This document shows positions 11,393 through 23,400 of a DNA stretch of 64,000 nt, piece by piece. The position numbers and the translations under genes were made by a program. Source of the stretch: an uncultured cyanobacterium (GTDB taxonomy: Bacteria; Cyanobacteriota; Cyanobacteriia; Cyanobacteriales; CAWCAG01). Positions within the stretch are counted from its first letter, which is position 1; each line of letters starts with the position of its first letter. The stretch lies in assembly GCA_963803805.1 (NCBI GenBank), contig CAWDOD010000010.1:192001-256000 (forward strand), given 5' to 3'. The notes below the pieces were generated by a model. The model saw nothing but the letters and a program-made list of their open reading frames with translations, did no database searches and was not told the origin of the DNA.

Positions 11393-13939
11393 ATGCTCCG
11401 TAACACTTACTCAAAACTCTCTTTGAGATTAAAGATACTTTTGCCCTTGCTTACCCTGTTTCTCTTAATGTGGGGTTTAGGCGCTCTTTCTATGGGCTAT
11501 TTTTTTACGAAACGCTTAGAAAAACATAGCCAAGAAGATGCTGAAGGGATTGCTTCTATAGTTTTAGAAAACTTTGAAAGAAAGAAAGAATTACTCTTTT
11601 TACAAGCAAAATGGGTAGCTGATAGTCAAGAGATTCCTGAGTTAGTAGCTGCGGGTAATAAAAGAAAATTGCAACAAGTTTTATTGCCTTTGCGTACGAC
11701 TCTCAAACTTGATTTTATTGAAGTTGTTAATAGCAATGGAAGTGTATTAGTAGAAGTTAAGGGAAAAGAGATAGTTAAATCTGAGTTAAGGGATGAATCT
11801 GTTCAGAGAGCAGCTAGTGTGGGTATGGATTTATTTGATATTGTGCTAGCCCAAGAGAATAACCCTTCAGTTTTAGTTGGCTTAACTTCGATTAAATCTT
11901 CAGAGGAAATTTTAGGAGGAGTCATTGTTGGTATTGCCATTAATGAGAAATTGCTCGATGAAATTCGCGCTCAAACAGGCTTACATTTAGTTGCTTTATT
12001 CAATTCTCAAGTTACAGCTTCCACTTTACCCCAAGCTAAAAATATTTCCTGGCAAGTATTTGATCACAAATCTTCTTCCCATAAAAAAGTCACTATCGGC
12101 AAGCAAGATTACTTTGCCCACCCTATAGAATTAGCGGGAATTAATAGTATAGATGGTAAGTTGGCTGTTCTCTATTCTACCCAAGAGTTAGATGAAGCAG
12201 AACAGCAACTTTGGCTAGGTATTGGTATTTTTTGTTTATTGGGTTCAGGGGTTACTACTGCAATTGGTATTCGGGTAACAAAGTTGCTTATCAAGCGTCT
12301 TGAACAAGTAACTGAAGTTGCTAAGCAAGTAACTGAAAAAGCTGATTTTTCACTCCAAGCTCCTGTTACAGATAAGGATGAAGTAACAGTTTTAGCTACC
12401 TCTTTAAATCAGTTAATTGGGCAAGTTGGGCAGTTATTAACAGAGAAAGAAGCAGAGGTAGAAAGACAACAAACTCTTAGTGAAGAATTACAAGTAGCCA
12501 AAGAAGCTGCTGAAGTTTCTAATCGCTCTAAGAGCGAGTTTTTAGCTAATATGAGCCATGAATTGAGGACTCCTCTTAATGGCATTCTTGGTTATACTCA
12601 GATTCTGCAAGATTCTTTGAATATGACCGATTCTGAGTTACGAGGGATTGATATTATTCATCAATGTGGCAACCATTTACTAACCTTAATTAATGATATT
12701 TTAGACCTTTCTAAAATTGAAGCTGGGAAAATGGAACTCTATCCCAAAGAATTTTATCTGGTTTCTTTGATAGACAGTATTGCGAATATTTGCGAAATCC
12801 GCTCCCAAAAACATCATATTTCTTTCCATTGCCAGCTTAGCCCGCAACTACCCCAATGGGTTTATGGTGATGATAAACGCTTACGACAGGTATTAATTAA
12901 TCTTTTAGGTAATGCTATTAAGTTTACTAAATCCGGAGGAGTAACCTTAAAGGCTAATGTTTTAGAAAGAAGTTTAGGAGATAATCACCAACCAAAAGCT
13001 AAAATTCGCTTCCAAATAGAAGATACTGGCATTGGTATGACCCCAGAACAATTAAAAAGAATTTTTTTACCATTTGAGCAAGTAGGGGAAGTTTCTCGAA
13101 AAGGAGAAGGAGCAGGTTTAGGGTTAGCTATTACGAAAAAGATTCTTACTTTGATGGATTCTAAGTTAGAAGTACGCAGTCAGTTGGGAGAAGGAAGTGT
13201 ATTTTGGTTTGATGTCTTTTTGTCAGAAACTGCTAACTTGACTGAGGTTAAATCTACTCCTCAAAAAACTCAGAATATGATCGGTTTTACTGGGGAGAAA
13301 AACAAGATTTTAATAGTAGATGACCAGTGGTCTAATCGTTTAATTGTTATTAATATGCTGGCTCGTTTAGGGTTTCAAATTGCCGAAGCAAATGACGGTA
13401 GTGAAGGTTTGCAACAAGTTGAAAAATTTCAACCTGACTTGATTATTATGGATTTGATTATGCCTAAAATGGATGGCTTTGAGGCTATTGAAAAATTGCG
13501 CCAATCTCCTCAAGGACAATCATTAAAAGTTATCGCTTCTTCTGCAAGTGTATTTGATAAGGATAGATACAAAAGCCTTGAAGTGGGGGCAGATGGTTTT
13601 CTGCCTAAACCAATCGATAAAGAAGATTTATTGCAATTATTGCAGCAACATTTGCAATTAGAATGGATTTATCAACAACCAAGCCAGGAAAGGTTAATTC
13701 GCCAAAACCAAGAGCCAGAGAAAGTTATTTGTTTACCTACACCTAAAGAATTAAACGAACTTTACGACTTAGCTAGATCCGGATTAATCAGCGATATTTT
13801 GGAACAACTTGATACTCTAGAGGAAAACAATCCTAATTTAAGTCCTTTTAGCAGCCAGCTTCGGCAGTGGACTAAAGGGTTTCAACTGAAAAAAATTAGA
13901 GATTTTCTTCAAGAAAGCCTCAAACAAACTCCTAATTAA
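11393..13939 (+). CDS. hybrid sensor histidine kinase (TM, Cache-like periplasmic domain, TM, HAMP, HisKA, HATPase, REC)
   Basis: [11 protein letters not shown]-box, [32 protein letters not shown]. Confidence 0.92.
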   Translation: MLRNTYSKLSLRLKILLPLLTLFLLMWGLGALSMGYFFTKRLEKHSQEDAEGIASIVLENFERKKELLFLQAKWVADSQEIPELVAAGNKRKLQQVLLPLRTTLKLDFIEVVNSNGSVLVEVKGKEIVKSELRDESVQRAASVGMDLFDIVLAQENNPSVLVGLTSIKSSEEILGGVIVGIAINEKLLDEIRAQTGLHLVALFNSQVTASTLPQAKNISWQVFDHKSSSHKKVTIGKQDYFAHPIELAGINSIDGKLAVLYSTQELDEAEQQLWLGIGIFCLLGSGVTTAIGIRVTKLLIKRLEQVTEVAKQVTEKADFSLQAPVTDKDEVTVLATSLNQLIGQVGQLLTEKEAEVERQQTLSEELQVAKEAAEVSNRSKSEFLANMSHELRTPLNGILGYTQILQDSLNMTDSELRGIDIIHQCGNHLLTLINDILDLSKIEAGKMELYPKEFYLVSLIDSIANICEIRSQKHHISFHCQLSPQLPQWVYGDDKRLRQVLINLLGNAIKFTKSGGVTLKANVLERSLGDNHQPKAKIRFQIEDTGIGMTPEQLKRIFLPFEQVGEVSRKGEGAGLGLAITKKILTLMDSKLEVRSQLGEGSVFWFDVFLSETANLTEVKSTPQKTQNMIGFTGEKNKILIVDDQWSNRLIVINMLARLGFQIAEANDGSEGLQQVEKFQPDLIIMDLIMPKMDGFEAIEKLRQSPQGQSLKVIASSASVFDKDRYKSLEVGADGFLPKPIDKEDLLQLLQQHLQLEWIYQQPSQERLIRQNQEPEKVICLPTPKELNELYDLARSGLISDILEQLDTLEENNPNLSPFSSQLRQWTKGFQLKKIRDFLQESLKQTPN

Positions 13940-13955
13940 AATCTTCAGGTCAATT

Positions 13956-16196
13956 ATGATCCCTCAACCGCCGAAAACAAACCCTTTCTTAAATTGGTTT
14001 GCCCAACGCCTAGACAGCACTAAAATTGAACGCCAAATTGTCTATGGATATTCTTTAGCCGTTGGTATAGCTGTTTTGGGGACAACAGCAGGACTAATTA
14101 TTGGTAATTCTTACCAACAGTATGCTTATGAATTAAGGGAAGATTTCTTAGAAGAAGTAGAGTTAACTCTGCAACTACAAAATCAATTATTACACTTACA
14201 AAAACATCAGCAACAATTTTTAGTTTTATTAGATAAACCAGAGCTTTTTCGCGAAGAATATCTACTTTTCAAAAATCATCAAAAAGAAGTCTATGAAGTT
14301 TGGTCATTATTCAAAGATTCCTACCAAGGATTTAAGCCAGGGGATAATAATGAAGAGTTGCGCATCATGGAGAGTATCATTGCCAATTATGATGGATTAG
14401 AAGTAGATTATACCAGACAGCTAGACGCAGTTTTACAAGTGATGGATGGTGATAATCCCTCTCCAGAAGAAAGAGCAAGACTGCAATCTTTACTGCTAGC
14501 ATTTGGTAAAAATCCTCTCTCTCTGCAACTTAGGGAGTTTGTGATTAGTTTAGAGGAATTAATCGCCGAAGTTGAAGAAGAACGTTTGCCAGCAGAAGTA
14601 GCTTTAAGAAGGGCTACCCAATTACGTAATTTTATTATTATTAGTAGCATACTATTCTCGATTTTAATTGCCACTTTACTCGCTTCTTATACTAATAAAA
14701 CAGTGCTATCTATTCAAGAAAAGGAGTTGCAAAATCAAAAGCTGTTAAGCACACAATTGCAGGAAGCAAAAGAAAAAGCTGAAGTTGCTAATCTGGCTAA
14801 AAGTGAATTTCTCACCAATATGAGTCATGAGTTAAGAACTCCCCTTAATGGTATTTTAGGCTACACTCAAATCATGAAAAATTCCTCTACCATGACTGCT
14901 TCCGAGAGTAAAGGAATTGATGTTATTAATCAGTGTGGTAAGCATCTACTGACTTTAATTAATGATATTTTAGATTTGGCAAAAATTGAAGCAGGGAAGA
15001 TGGAACTTGAGGCTGGTAGTTGGCATTTTCCCTCTTTTTTAAATGACTTAGTTGCGATCTGCAAAATTCGAGCGCACAAAAAGAATATAGCTTTCCTTAA
15101 GCTACTAGAAACTCAACTACCTGAGCATATTTCTGGTGATCAAAAACGCTTACGACAAGTACTGATTAATCTGTTAGGTAATGCTATTAAGTTTACAGAT
15201 GTGGGTAAAGTAACTTTTCGAGTAGATGTCCTGAAAAAAAGTTTAAATAACAACCAGCAATTAATTAATAAAATCCGTTTCCAGGTAGAAGATACGGGTA
15301 TTGGCATGACACCACAACAGTTAGAAACAATCTTTTTACCTTTTGAACAAGCGGGGGAAGTTTCTCGTAAAACAGAAGGGACTGGCTTGGGGTTAGCTAT
15401 TACAACAAAAATCCTCTCTATGATGGACTCTAAACTTGAAGTACGGAGCAAGTTAGGAGAAGGGAGTGTATTTTGGTTTGATTTGTTTGTTCCGGAACTT
15501 GATATTCAAGAAGATGCTGAGGCTTCTGTCCCGAAAAATATTATTGGTTTTACTGGTGAAAAAAAGAAAATCCTCATAGTAGACGATCGCTGGTCTAATA
15601 GGTTAATTATTATTAGTATGTTATCCCCTTTAGGGTTTCAAATTACTGAGGCAAATAACGGACAAGAAGCTTTGCAAAAAATTACCGGTTTTCAGCCTGA
15701 TTTAGTGATTATGGACTTAGTTATGCCTCAAATAGATGGTTTTGAGGTGATCCGAAGATTGCGCAAATACCCTCAGTGGCAATTATTAAAAATAATTGCT
15801 TCTTCTGCTAGCGTTTTTACCAGGGATCAGCAAAAAAGTATTGAAGTAGGAGCAGATAGTTTTTTACCAAAACCAATAGATAAAGTTAAGCTAATGGAAA
15901 TGCTGCAAAAGCATTTGCAATTGGAGTGGGTTTATCAACAAGAAAATCAAGATATATCCCTAGAAGAAAAAGCCCTAGAAATTCAAACTTTAGTTTTACC
16001 TTCAAATGAACAAATCAAAGAACTTTATGACTCAGCAAGAGCAGGTTTAATTAGTGACATCTTAGACTTAATTACTGATTTAGAAAAAGACAATGCTGAT
16101 TTAATTCCCTTTGGACAAAAAATCCGTCACTGGGCCAAAAACTTCCAAGTTAAAGAAATTCAGAATTATCTTAAATCCCTTACTAAACAAAACTAA
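13956..16196 (+). CDS. hybrid sensor histidine kinase (TM, helical periplasmic domain, TM, HisKA, HATPase, REC)
   Basis: H-box, N/G boxes, [11 protein letters not shown]. Confidence 0.92.
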   Translation: MIPQPPKTNPFLNWFAQRLDSTKIERQIVYGYSLAVGIAVLGTTAGLIIGNSYQQYAYELREDFLEEVELTLQLQNQLLHLQKHQQQFLVLLDKPELFREEYLLFKNHQKEVYEVWSLFKDSYQGFKPGDNNEELRIMESIIANYDGLEVDYTRQLDAVLQVMDGDNPSPEERARLQSLLLAFGKNPLSLQLREFVISLEELIAEVEEERLPAEVALRRATQLRNFIIISSILFSILIATLLASYTNKTVLSIQEKELQNQKLLSTQLQEAKEKAEVANLAKSEFLTNMSHELRTPLNGILGYTQIMKNSSTMTASESKGIDVINQCGKHLLTLINDILDLAKIEAGKMELEAGSWHFPSFLNDLVAICKIRAHKKNIAFLKLLETQLPEHISGDQKRLRQVLINLLGNAIKFTDVGKVTFRVDVLKKSLNNNQQLINKIRFQVEDTGIGMTPQQLETIFLPFEQAGEVSRKTEGTGLGLAITTKILSMMDSKLEVRSKLGEGSVFWFDLFVPELDIQEDAEASVPKNIIGFTGEKKKILIVDDRWSNRLIIISMLSPLGFQITEANNGQEALQKITGFQPDLVIMDLVMPQIDGFEVIRRLRKYPQWQLLKIIASSASVFTRDQQKSIEVGADSFLPKPIDKVKLMEMLQKHLQLEWVYQQENQDISLEEKALEIQTLVLPSNEQIKELYDSARAGLISDILDLITDLEKDNADLIPFGQKIRHWAKNFQVKEIQNYLKSLTKQN

Positions 16197-16231
16197 GTAA
16201 TAACTATCGCTTATTACTCATTACTTATAAA

Positions 16232-18040
16232 ATGCTTTTTCCTTTATTATTACAATTCATTCCCCACGGACATTGTTATCTTTGGCAAACAGGGCTGGTT
16301 AGCCTACATCTTATCTCCGATGCAACTATAGCCATTGCCTACTTTTCCATCCCCTTAACTTTGTTGTATTTAGTCCACAAAAGAGGAGATATTCCCTTTG
16401 ATTGGATCTTCTTCTGCTTTGCTGCCTTTATTGTCTTGTGTGGTACAACCCATCTCATGGGAATTTGGACTCTTTGGTATCCTAACTATTGGGTATCTGG
16501 GTTAATTAAAGCCTTTACGGCTATAGTTTCTGTCGCTACAGCAATCCTCTCTGTTTACCTCGTACCTAAAGCCATTGCCTTACCTAGCCCTGCCCAATTG
16601 CAAGCGGCAAAAGAAGCTGCCGAAGTTGCTAACCTTTCTAAAAGCGAATTTCTAGCTAACATGAGCCATGAATTAAGGACTCCCCTTAATGGTATTTTAG
16701 GTTATGCCCAAATCCTGCAAAAATCTCCTACCATGACTGCCAAGGAGATTAAGGGTATTGATATTATCTATCGTTCCGGTAATCATCTCCTCACTCTCAT
16801 CAACGATATTTTGGATTCTTCCAAAATTGAAGCTGGGAAAATGGAATTGTACAAAACTGCATTTAATCTTTCTGGCTTCCTAGAAAATATCGTTGATATT
16901 TGTCGCATTCGAGTAGAAAAACAGCACATTACCTTTGCATACCACCCTAATCCTCGACTACCTGAATTTGTTAGAGGAGATGAAAAACGTTTGCGACAGG
17001 TACTAATTAATCTTTTGGGCAATGCTATAAAATTCACCAACACTGGAGGAGTCACCTTTTCTGTTGATGTTATAGAAGAAGACAAGCAACAACTAAGCAA
17101 TAAAATTCGCTTTCAAATTGAAGATACTGGTGTTGGAATTGCCCCGGAGGAATTAGAAAAGATTTTCCTTCCTTTTGAACAAGTAGGCAGCCTTTCTCGG
17201 CAAGTAGAAGGAACAGGTTTGGGGTTAACAATTACTAACAAAATTCTTTCTACAATGAATACCAGCTTACAGGTACGTAGTCAATTAGGAGAAGGAAGTA
17301 AGTTTTGGTTTGATTTAGTCTTATTAGATGTTACCGAAAAACCCGATTTAAGCAGAAATCATACTCCTATTATAGTAGGATTCAAAGGAGAAGAGCGTAA
17401 GATTTTAGTTGTAGATGATCAGTGGTTAAATCGCTCAGTAGTTAGAAAACTTCTTACTCCCCTAGGCTTTAAAGTTGCCGAAGCAAGTAACGGAGAAGAA
17501 GGTTTAAAAAAAGTAGCCGAGTTTAAACCTGATTTGATTATTTCTGATTTTGTGATGCCAGAAATGGATGGCTTTGAAATGCTACGGCGCTTACGAAATT
17601 CTTCACTAGTGGATTCTACTATTTTAATTGCTTCATCTGCTAGTGTTTTTGATACCGATAAGCAAAAGAGTTTACAAGCTGGGTTTAACGATTTTCTCCC
17701 TAAACCAGTAAGCCAAGATGAGTTACTAGAGAAATTAGAGAAACATTTACCAATCGAATGGATTTATCAACAGCAAAACGAAACACAGCAAATTAGCGAT
17801 CGCCTAGAAGCAGAAACAATGGCAGCTAACAACTCACTAGTGTTTCCTCCCCCAGAAAAAATATCTCAACTCTATGATTTAGCTAAGGGAGGTCTTATTA
17901 GTGATATTTTGGAGGAAGCAGAAAAGATAGCAACATCAGATGCGAAGTATACACTTTTTGTTGCAAAGTTAACTCAATTAGGGCAAGGTTTTAAGATCAA
18001 ACAACTACAAGAATTCCTTAAGCAGGCTGTTGGTAATTGA
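16232..18040 (+). CDS. ethylene-receptor-like hybrid histidine kinase (EBD, HisKA, HATPase, REC)
   Basis: [20 protein letters not shown]...[13 protein letters not shown] matches the ETR1 transmembrane ethylene-binding domain including the CxxxH copper motif; intact H-box and REC Asp. Confidence 0.85.
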   Translation: MLFPLLLQFIPHGHCYLWQTGLVSLHLISDATIAIAYFSIPLTLLYLVHKRGDIPFDWIFFCFAAFIVLCGTTHLMGIWTLWYPNYWVSGLIKAFTAIVSVATAILSVYLVPKAIALPSPAQLQAAKEAAEVANLSKSEFLANMSHELRTPLNGILGYAQILQKSPTMTAKEIKGIDIIYRSGNHLLTLINDILDSSKIEAGKMELYKTAFNLSGFLENIVDICRIRVEKQHITFAYHPNPRLPEFVRGDEKRLRQVLINLLGNAIKFTNTGGVTFSVDVIEEDKQQLSNKIRFQIEDTGVGIAPEELEKIFLPFEQVGSLSRQVEGTGLGLTITNKILSTMNTSLQVRSQLGEGSKFWFDLVLLDVTEKPDLSRNHTPIIVGFKGEERKILVVDDQWLNRSVVRKLLTPLGFKVAEASNGEEGLKKVAEFKPDLIISDFVMPEMDGFEMLRRLRNSSLVDSTILIASSASVFDTDKQKSLQAGFNDFLPKPVSQDELLEKLEKHLPIEWIYQQQNETQQISDRLEAETMAANNSLVFPPPEKISQLYDLAKGGLISDILEEAEKIATSDAKYTLFVAKLTQLGQGFKIKQLQEFLKQAVGN

Positions 18041-18207
18041 TAATTGATAATTACTAGTGGCTGAACAGATTTTAGATAATTTTTCTGTTTTGTTTAAGAG
18101 AACTTCAATAAATAAAATATCCTCACCAAGTATTAAGATTTGAGCAACTAGCAACTAGCCATTAGCTTATCGCTTTTGGATAAGTCTTTTCTTAGTTCTC
18201 TGTTAGA

Positions 18208-18657
18208 TTATTTATCATTTAACGAATCTATACCTTGCTCTTTAAGTTTTTCAAGCTGGTCTTTCATTGCTTTAACTTGTTCGGCTGGGTGTCCTTGCCA
18301 AATCGTAACTTCTCCTACAATTTTAAATGGTTGTGTCGAACGATAAGATTTAGTAGGATTACCTGGAAATTTTTTATCTGTCAAGTCTGGATCGTCTTCA
18401 AGTTCTCCTGTTGCTTCTACTAAATAAATTCTTTCCCGTCCTTCTCCAAGTGCAAGTTCAGCTCCCCAAATAGCTGCATCCAATGTTGCTGTCAAGAAGA
18501 TGTATTTTGCATTTTTCTTTCGTCCAAAATTTGAATTGAAACCAACTTTAATTAAGTCGCCAACTTTCAAGTCAGCCTTCGTTCCGTGAAAATAGGCTTG
18601 AACGAAAGGTGTTGCACCTTGTCCGTTTGATTTCTTATCCTTTTTGTTTTGTTCCAT
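18208..18657 (-). CDS. arr: NAD(+)--rifampin ADP-ribosyltransferase
   Basis: FHGTKADL, TATLDAAIWGAELA, RIYLVE, DDPDLTDKKFPGNPTKSYRS. Confidence 0.9.
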   Translation of the reverse strand: MEQNKKDKKSNGQGATPFVQAYFHGTKADLKVGDLIKVGFNSNFGRKKNAKYIFLTATLDAAIWGAELALGEGRERIYLVEATGELEDDPDLTDKKFPGNPTKSYRSTQPFKIVGEVTIWQGHPAEQVKAMKDQLEKLKEQGIDSLNDK

Positions 18658-18812
18658 TGGTCAAAAGTTAAAGTAGTCTGTTATTTTTTGATATGGCATT
18701 ATATTTCTCTATCCCACTGCATATTTACTATCTGGGTTAAATACAAAATCAATAATTTGTCTTGATAGTTACTCTTCTAGTTTTATTCTTCGTGTTTCTT
18801 GCCAACTAAACT

Positions 18813-19855
18813 TCAGAAAACCAATGTCCACCCTTCCTGACGAGCCTGTTCACGGGTATAGGAAACACCATCAACTTTGATGCCATCGTTGTTGAGCAAG
18901 GTGATAATCCCGCCTCGATTGCTCAATTGGACAGTTTGGGGCAAAACAACCTGCAAAGTGTCTCCTGGGGGGAGGGTGTTGCTAAGAGTAAATTTGTTCT
19001 TGTACCTATCTGCAAGACTCCAGCCCTCTAAATTGAGGGTTTGTGAGGTAGTATTAATTAGAGTAACTGTCTCTGCTTCTGGGGAAGGGCCAATCGGATT
19101 AACCAAAGCAGCAATGATGCGGACGCTTCTCTCTAGTTCCAAAGGTTCTGATGGTTCTAAGGGTTCTGATGGTTCTGATGGTTCTAAGGGTTCTGGTGGA
19201 GGGGTAGCCAAGCAATGACCAGCCTGGTCATCTGTATGCCAACATTGAGATTGAAACTTAAGAAAAATAGCTATCCACTCATTTTCTTGAGGAAAGTGTA
19301 TCAACAAAGCCCCATCTTGATAAACTCCATCATCTTTGCGGAAACCTTCAGAATTGCCCTGATTCATGTGGATATCATGAATGCCATTACCTGGTATGAA
19401 GCCAAAAATCTTGTCTTTTTTGGACTCCGACCCCACCTTTCTCCAAAAGCATAAATAATCGCCTCTTCATCAGACATTGCCCGCCGTATATGCCTGTCAA
19501 TTTTCTCGTTCAAGTCATTGTCTGGCCCTACAACATCAAAGGGAAGGGGTATCATTATCTCAGGATTCGGAATCAAGTTACCGCGAATAAAGTCTAGGGC
19601 TAATCCCCCCGGTTTAGTTTCCAATTCATGAAAACCGGCACTCAATTCAGAAAGTTCTTCAATAATCGGATACTGGAAATTTTCATCAATCCAATACTCC
19701 AGTTCCGAGGGAAAGAGTTTAGATTGGACATTAACAGCAATTCGATAGTCAGTGTCTTGGTCAACAACATGAATCTGATAGTGGGCATTGCTAGTCACAG
19801 CTAATCTTCTGTCAACTACCCACCCTTTTAAGACACCGTAATTTTTTAAAGGCAT
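18813..19855 (-). CDS. DUF2278 (YukJ-like) protein with C-terminal lamin-tail-like domain (frameshift near 19429)
   Basis: MPLKNYGVLKG start, LDFIRG, GIHDIHMNQGN, YQDGAL; C-terminal VRIIAALVNP...LSNRGGIITL; one added base gives ERWGPESKKD. Confidence 0.8.
19144..19197. repeat. 9-bp coding tandem repeat x6 (EPS/EPL linker)
   Basis: GGTTCTGAT/GGTTCTAAG units encoding PEPLEPSEPSEPLEPSEP. Confidence 0.85.
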
Positions 19856-20132
19856 TTTGGCGATCGCTCCACATCTGCAAGCAATGTTTAAGCTCAATAT
19901 TAGGAAGCACTTTCTGACAAGTTTGTCGGTGAAAGGTTAGTTAATTTGCGTATCTAATGTCAAGACCTCTGTATGAAGATTTAATTATTTCGTACTTCCT
20001 ACCATCTAGTATAAAGCTGAGGTTACTAGAATTAAGATTAAGAATATTGGATTTTTTTTGCTAATAGCAGAATTTCCCTGCAATCTAGAGCATAATCAAA
20101 CCTAAATATCGTCCCTAAAGCTACGGCTTCAG

Positions 20133-20261
20133 TAAGCTGTCAGGCATTTAATTTACTTAACTTAGGTTTGATGAGGAGATAGGGGGATAGGGAGATGGGG
20201 GAAGGGTTTTAGGGCTTATTTCCTAGTTTAGTAATACACAGTTTAAATGCACATCAGCTTA
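20133..20261. mobile_element. MITE-like element, family A, copy 1
   Basis: TA-AGCTGTCAGGCATTTAA ... TTAAATGCACATCAGCT-TA imperfect terminal inverted repeats; near-identical copy at 33757-33867. Confidence 0.8.
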
Positions 20262-20423
20262 GCAGAAATAGATCAATTAGCAGAAGCAACAGAAACTCTC
20301 CAGAAAATTTCAATGCAAACAATTAAAAACTGCATACATAACTTAAGCTTGCAAAGAAATATATACAGGTACAATTTTGCTAAAGTTTACCTTCTTTATC
20401 GTTAAGTTTATCCTGTTTAAATA

Positions 20424-23400
20424 ATGTCTGACTTTTCTCTGTTACGCTTGTTGGGTTTGCAGAATCTTTCTCGCCTTAGTTTGGTTTTGTTGCTGGCGGT
20501 TGCGGCTCCTTTTCTGCCTTTAAGTTTTGGGTTGCAACCTGGGTTGGTGAGGGCGGAAACGGTTGAGGAGAAGGATGCTAGGGCGCGGCAGTTATATTCT
20601 GAGGCTGGTGATTTGTGGCGTGTTAGCAAGTTTGCAGAAGCATTTGAGAAATTGCAGGAGGCTTTGCAGCTTTTTCGAGAAGCGGGTAATCAGCAAATGC
20701 AAGGTAATACGCTTAGTAGCTTGGGGGAAATTTACAGAAGTACAGGAAAATATGAAGAGGCAATTAATTACCATCAGCAAGCTCTAGCTATTACTCGGAA
20801 AATTGGTGACCAATCTGGAGAAGGTACTATTCTTAACAATTTAGGATTAGTTTATCGAAATTCAGGAGAATATAAGAAGGCAATTAATTACTATCAGCAG
20901 GCTTTAGCCATTGTTCGGGAAGTTGATAACCAACCGACAGAAGGTGCTACTCTCAGTAATTTAGGGTCAGTCTATCAAAGTATAGGAAAATATGAAGAGG
21001 CAATCAATTACCATCAGCAAGCTCTAGCTGTTACTCGGAAAATTGGTGACCAATCTGGAGAAGGTACTATTCTCAACAATTTAGGAGAAGTTTATCGAAA
21101 TCTAGGAGAATATAAGAAGGCAATTAATTACTATCAGCAGGCTTTAGCTATTATTCGGGAAGTTGGTAATCGCGCTGGGGAAGGTGCTATTCTCAACAAT
21201 TTAGGATTAATCTCTCAAAGTATAGGAGAATATAAGAAGGCAATTAATTACTATCAGCAGGCTTTAGCCATTATTCGGGAAGTTGGTAATCGCGCTGGGG
21301 AAGGTGCTATTCTCAACAATTTAGGATTCATCTACAGTGACTTAGGAAAGTATGAGGAGGCTATTGCTTACTACCAGGAAGCTTTGGCTATTACTAGGAA
21401 AGTTGGTAATCGCGCTGGGGAAGGTGCTATTCTCAACAATTTAGGAGAAGTTTATCGAAATTTAGGAAAGTATGAGGAGGCTGTTGCTTACTATCAACAA
21501 GCTTTGGCTATTCGTGAGGAAGTAGGTGATCGATCTGGAGAAGGTACTACTCTCAACAATTTGGGAGCAGTTTATAGAAGCTTGGGAAAGTACGAGGAAG
21601 CCATTACCTACTATCAGCAAGCTTTAGCTATCCACAGAGAAGTAGGTAATAGCCCCGTGGAAGGTACTACCCTTAACAATTTGGGTTTAATTTATAGTGA
21701 TTTAGGAAAATATGAGGAAGCAATTACCTACTACCAACAAGCTTTAGCTATTCACCAAGAAGTGGGTAATCGCCAAATGGAAGGCAGTACCCTCCACAAC
21801 CTCGGCTATCTCCTCCAAAACCAAAACCAACCCCAACTAGCCATCATCTTCCTCAAACAATCAGTCAACATCTACGAAACCATCCGCGCCGATATCAAAG
21901 GATTACCCACCGACCAACAAGAATCCTACACCGCCACCGTAGCCAACACCTACCGCAAACTAGGCGACCTTCTCCTGCAACAAAACCGCATCCTTGAAGC
22001 CCAACAAGTCCTGGATCTCCTCAAAATTCAGGAATTGGAAGACTACCTGCAAAACGTCAGGGGAGAAGGGGATGAGAAAGTAGTTAACTTAGCCCCAGAA
22101 ATCAACATCATCACCGAATATGCCCAACTGCAAGACAAAGCCATTGCCAACGGTAAAGCCCTAAGCCAACTGCAAGAGGAAGTCAAAGGTATTCCCCTGG
22201 CACAACGCAGCGAAGCCCAACTGCAACGCCTCAAAACTCTAACCAACCAACGGGAAGAATTAGTTACTTTGCTCACTAGCTTTGCAAAAAGGGAAGACGT
22301 GCAAACTTGGGTGCAACAACTGAGCCTCATTTCCCAAGGCAGAAATGTCCCCCTCGACCAACTCAAAAGCATCTCCGATGACTTACAAGACATCGACCAA
22401 AACGCCGTCCTCCTCTATCCCCTCATCCTCGAAGACCGCCTCGAACTCCTCCTCACCACTCCCAACTCTCCCCCCATCCGTCGCACCGTTACTGTGAGTA
22501 GAGAAGAATTGAACCGCACCATAGTTGCCTATCGCCAAGCTTTGAAGCAACGTTCCCCCGATGTGAGAAAACATGGTCAAAAACTCTACAACTGGCTGAT
22601 CAAACCCCTAGAAAACGACCTAGCCACAGCAGAAACAGAAACCATAATTTATGCTCCCGACGGGCAACTGCGCTACATTCCCCTTGCCGCCCTCCACGAT
22701 GGGGAACAGTGGTTAGTAGAAAGGTTCCGAGTTAATAACATCACCGCCCGCAGCCTTACGGATTGGGATGATAAACCATCCCAGGAACTAAATATCTTAG
22801 CCGGGGCATTTGTAGAGGGAAATCATGAGGTGAAAGTGGGCGATCACACTTTTCCTTTTTCCGGGTTAAAGTTTGCTGGGCGGGAGGTAGAAATTCTTGC
22901 TTCTACGATTCCTACCACCGATAAGTTAGTGGATGAGGCGTTTAATAAGGATACCTTTGAAGACAACATGGACACCTACACAGTGCTTCACTTCGCCACC
23001 CATGCGGCCCTAGTTCCCGGCAAACCGGAAGAATCCTTTATCCTCTTTGGCAATGGGGAAACTGTCTCCCTCAAGGAAGTAGATGAGAAATGGAGTATCA
23101 ACAACGTTGATTTAGTCGTCCTCAGCGCTTGCCAAACGGGTTTAGGGGGAGAATTAGGAGAAGATGGCAGGGAAATCCTGGGTTTCGGTTACTTAATGCA
23201 GGATGCCGGAGCAAAAGCTGCGATCGCATCATTGTGGTCAGTGGATGATGGGGGAACCCAAGCTTTGATGAATGCCTTCTACGCAGCCCTAGCCACCAAG
23301 AAATACACCAAAGCCGAAGCCCTACGTCAGGCCCAAATTGCCTTAATCACCGGGGATTATAGCGCCCTTAGCGATGACCCTCGTGGTGCAGTGGAGATTC

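Noticed and set aside
20700-21800. CRISPR-like periodicity
   Set aside because: The 120-bp period is a coding TPR array with no unique spacers and no cas genes
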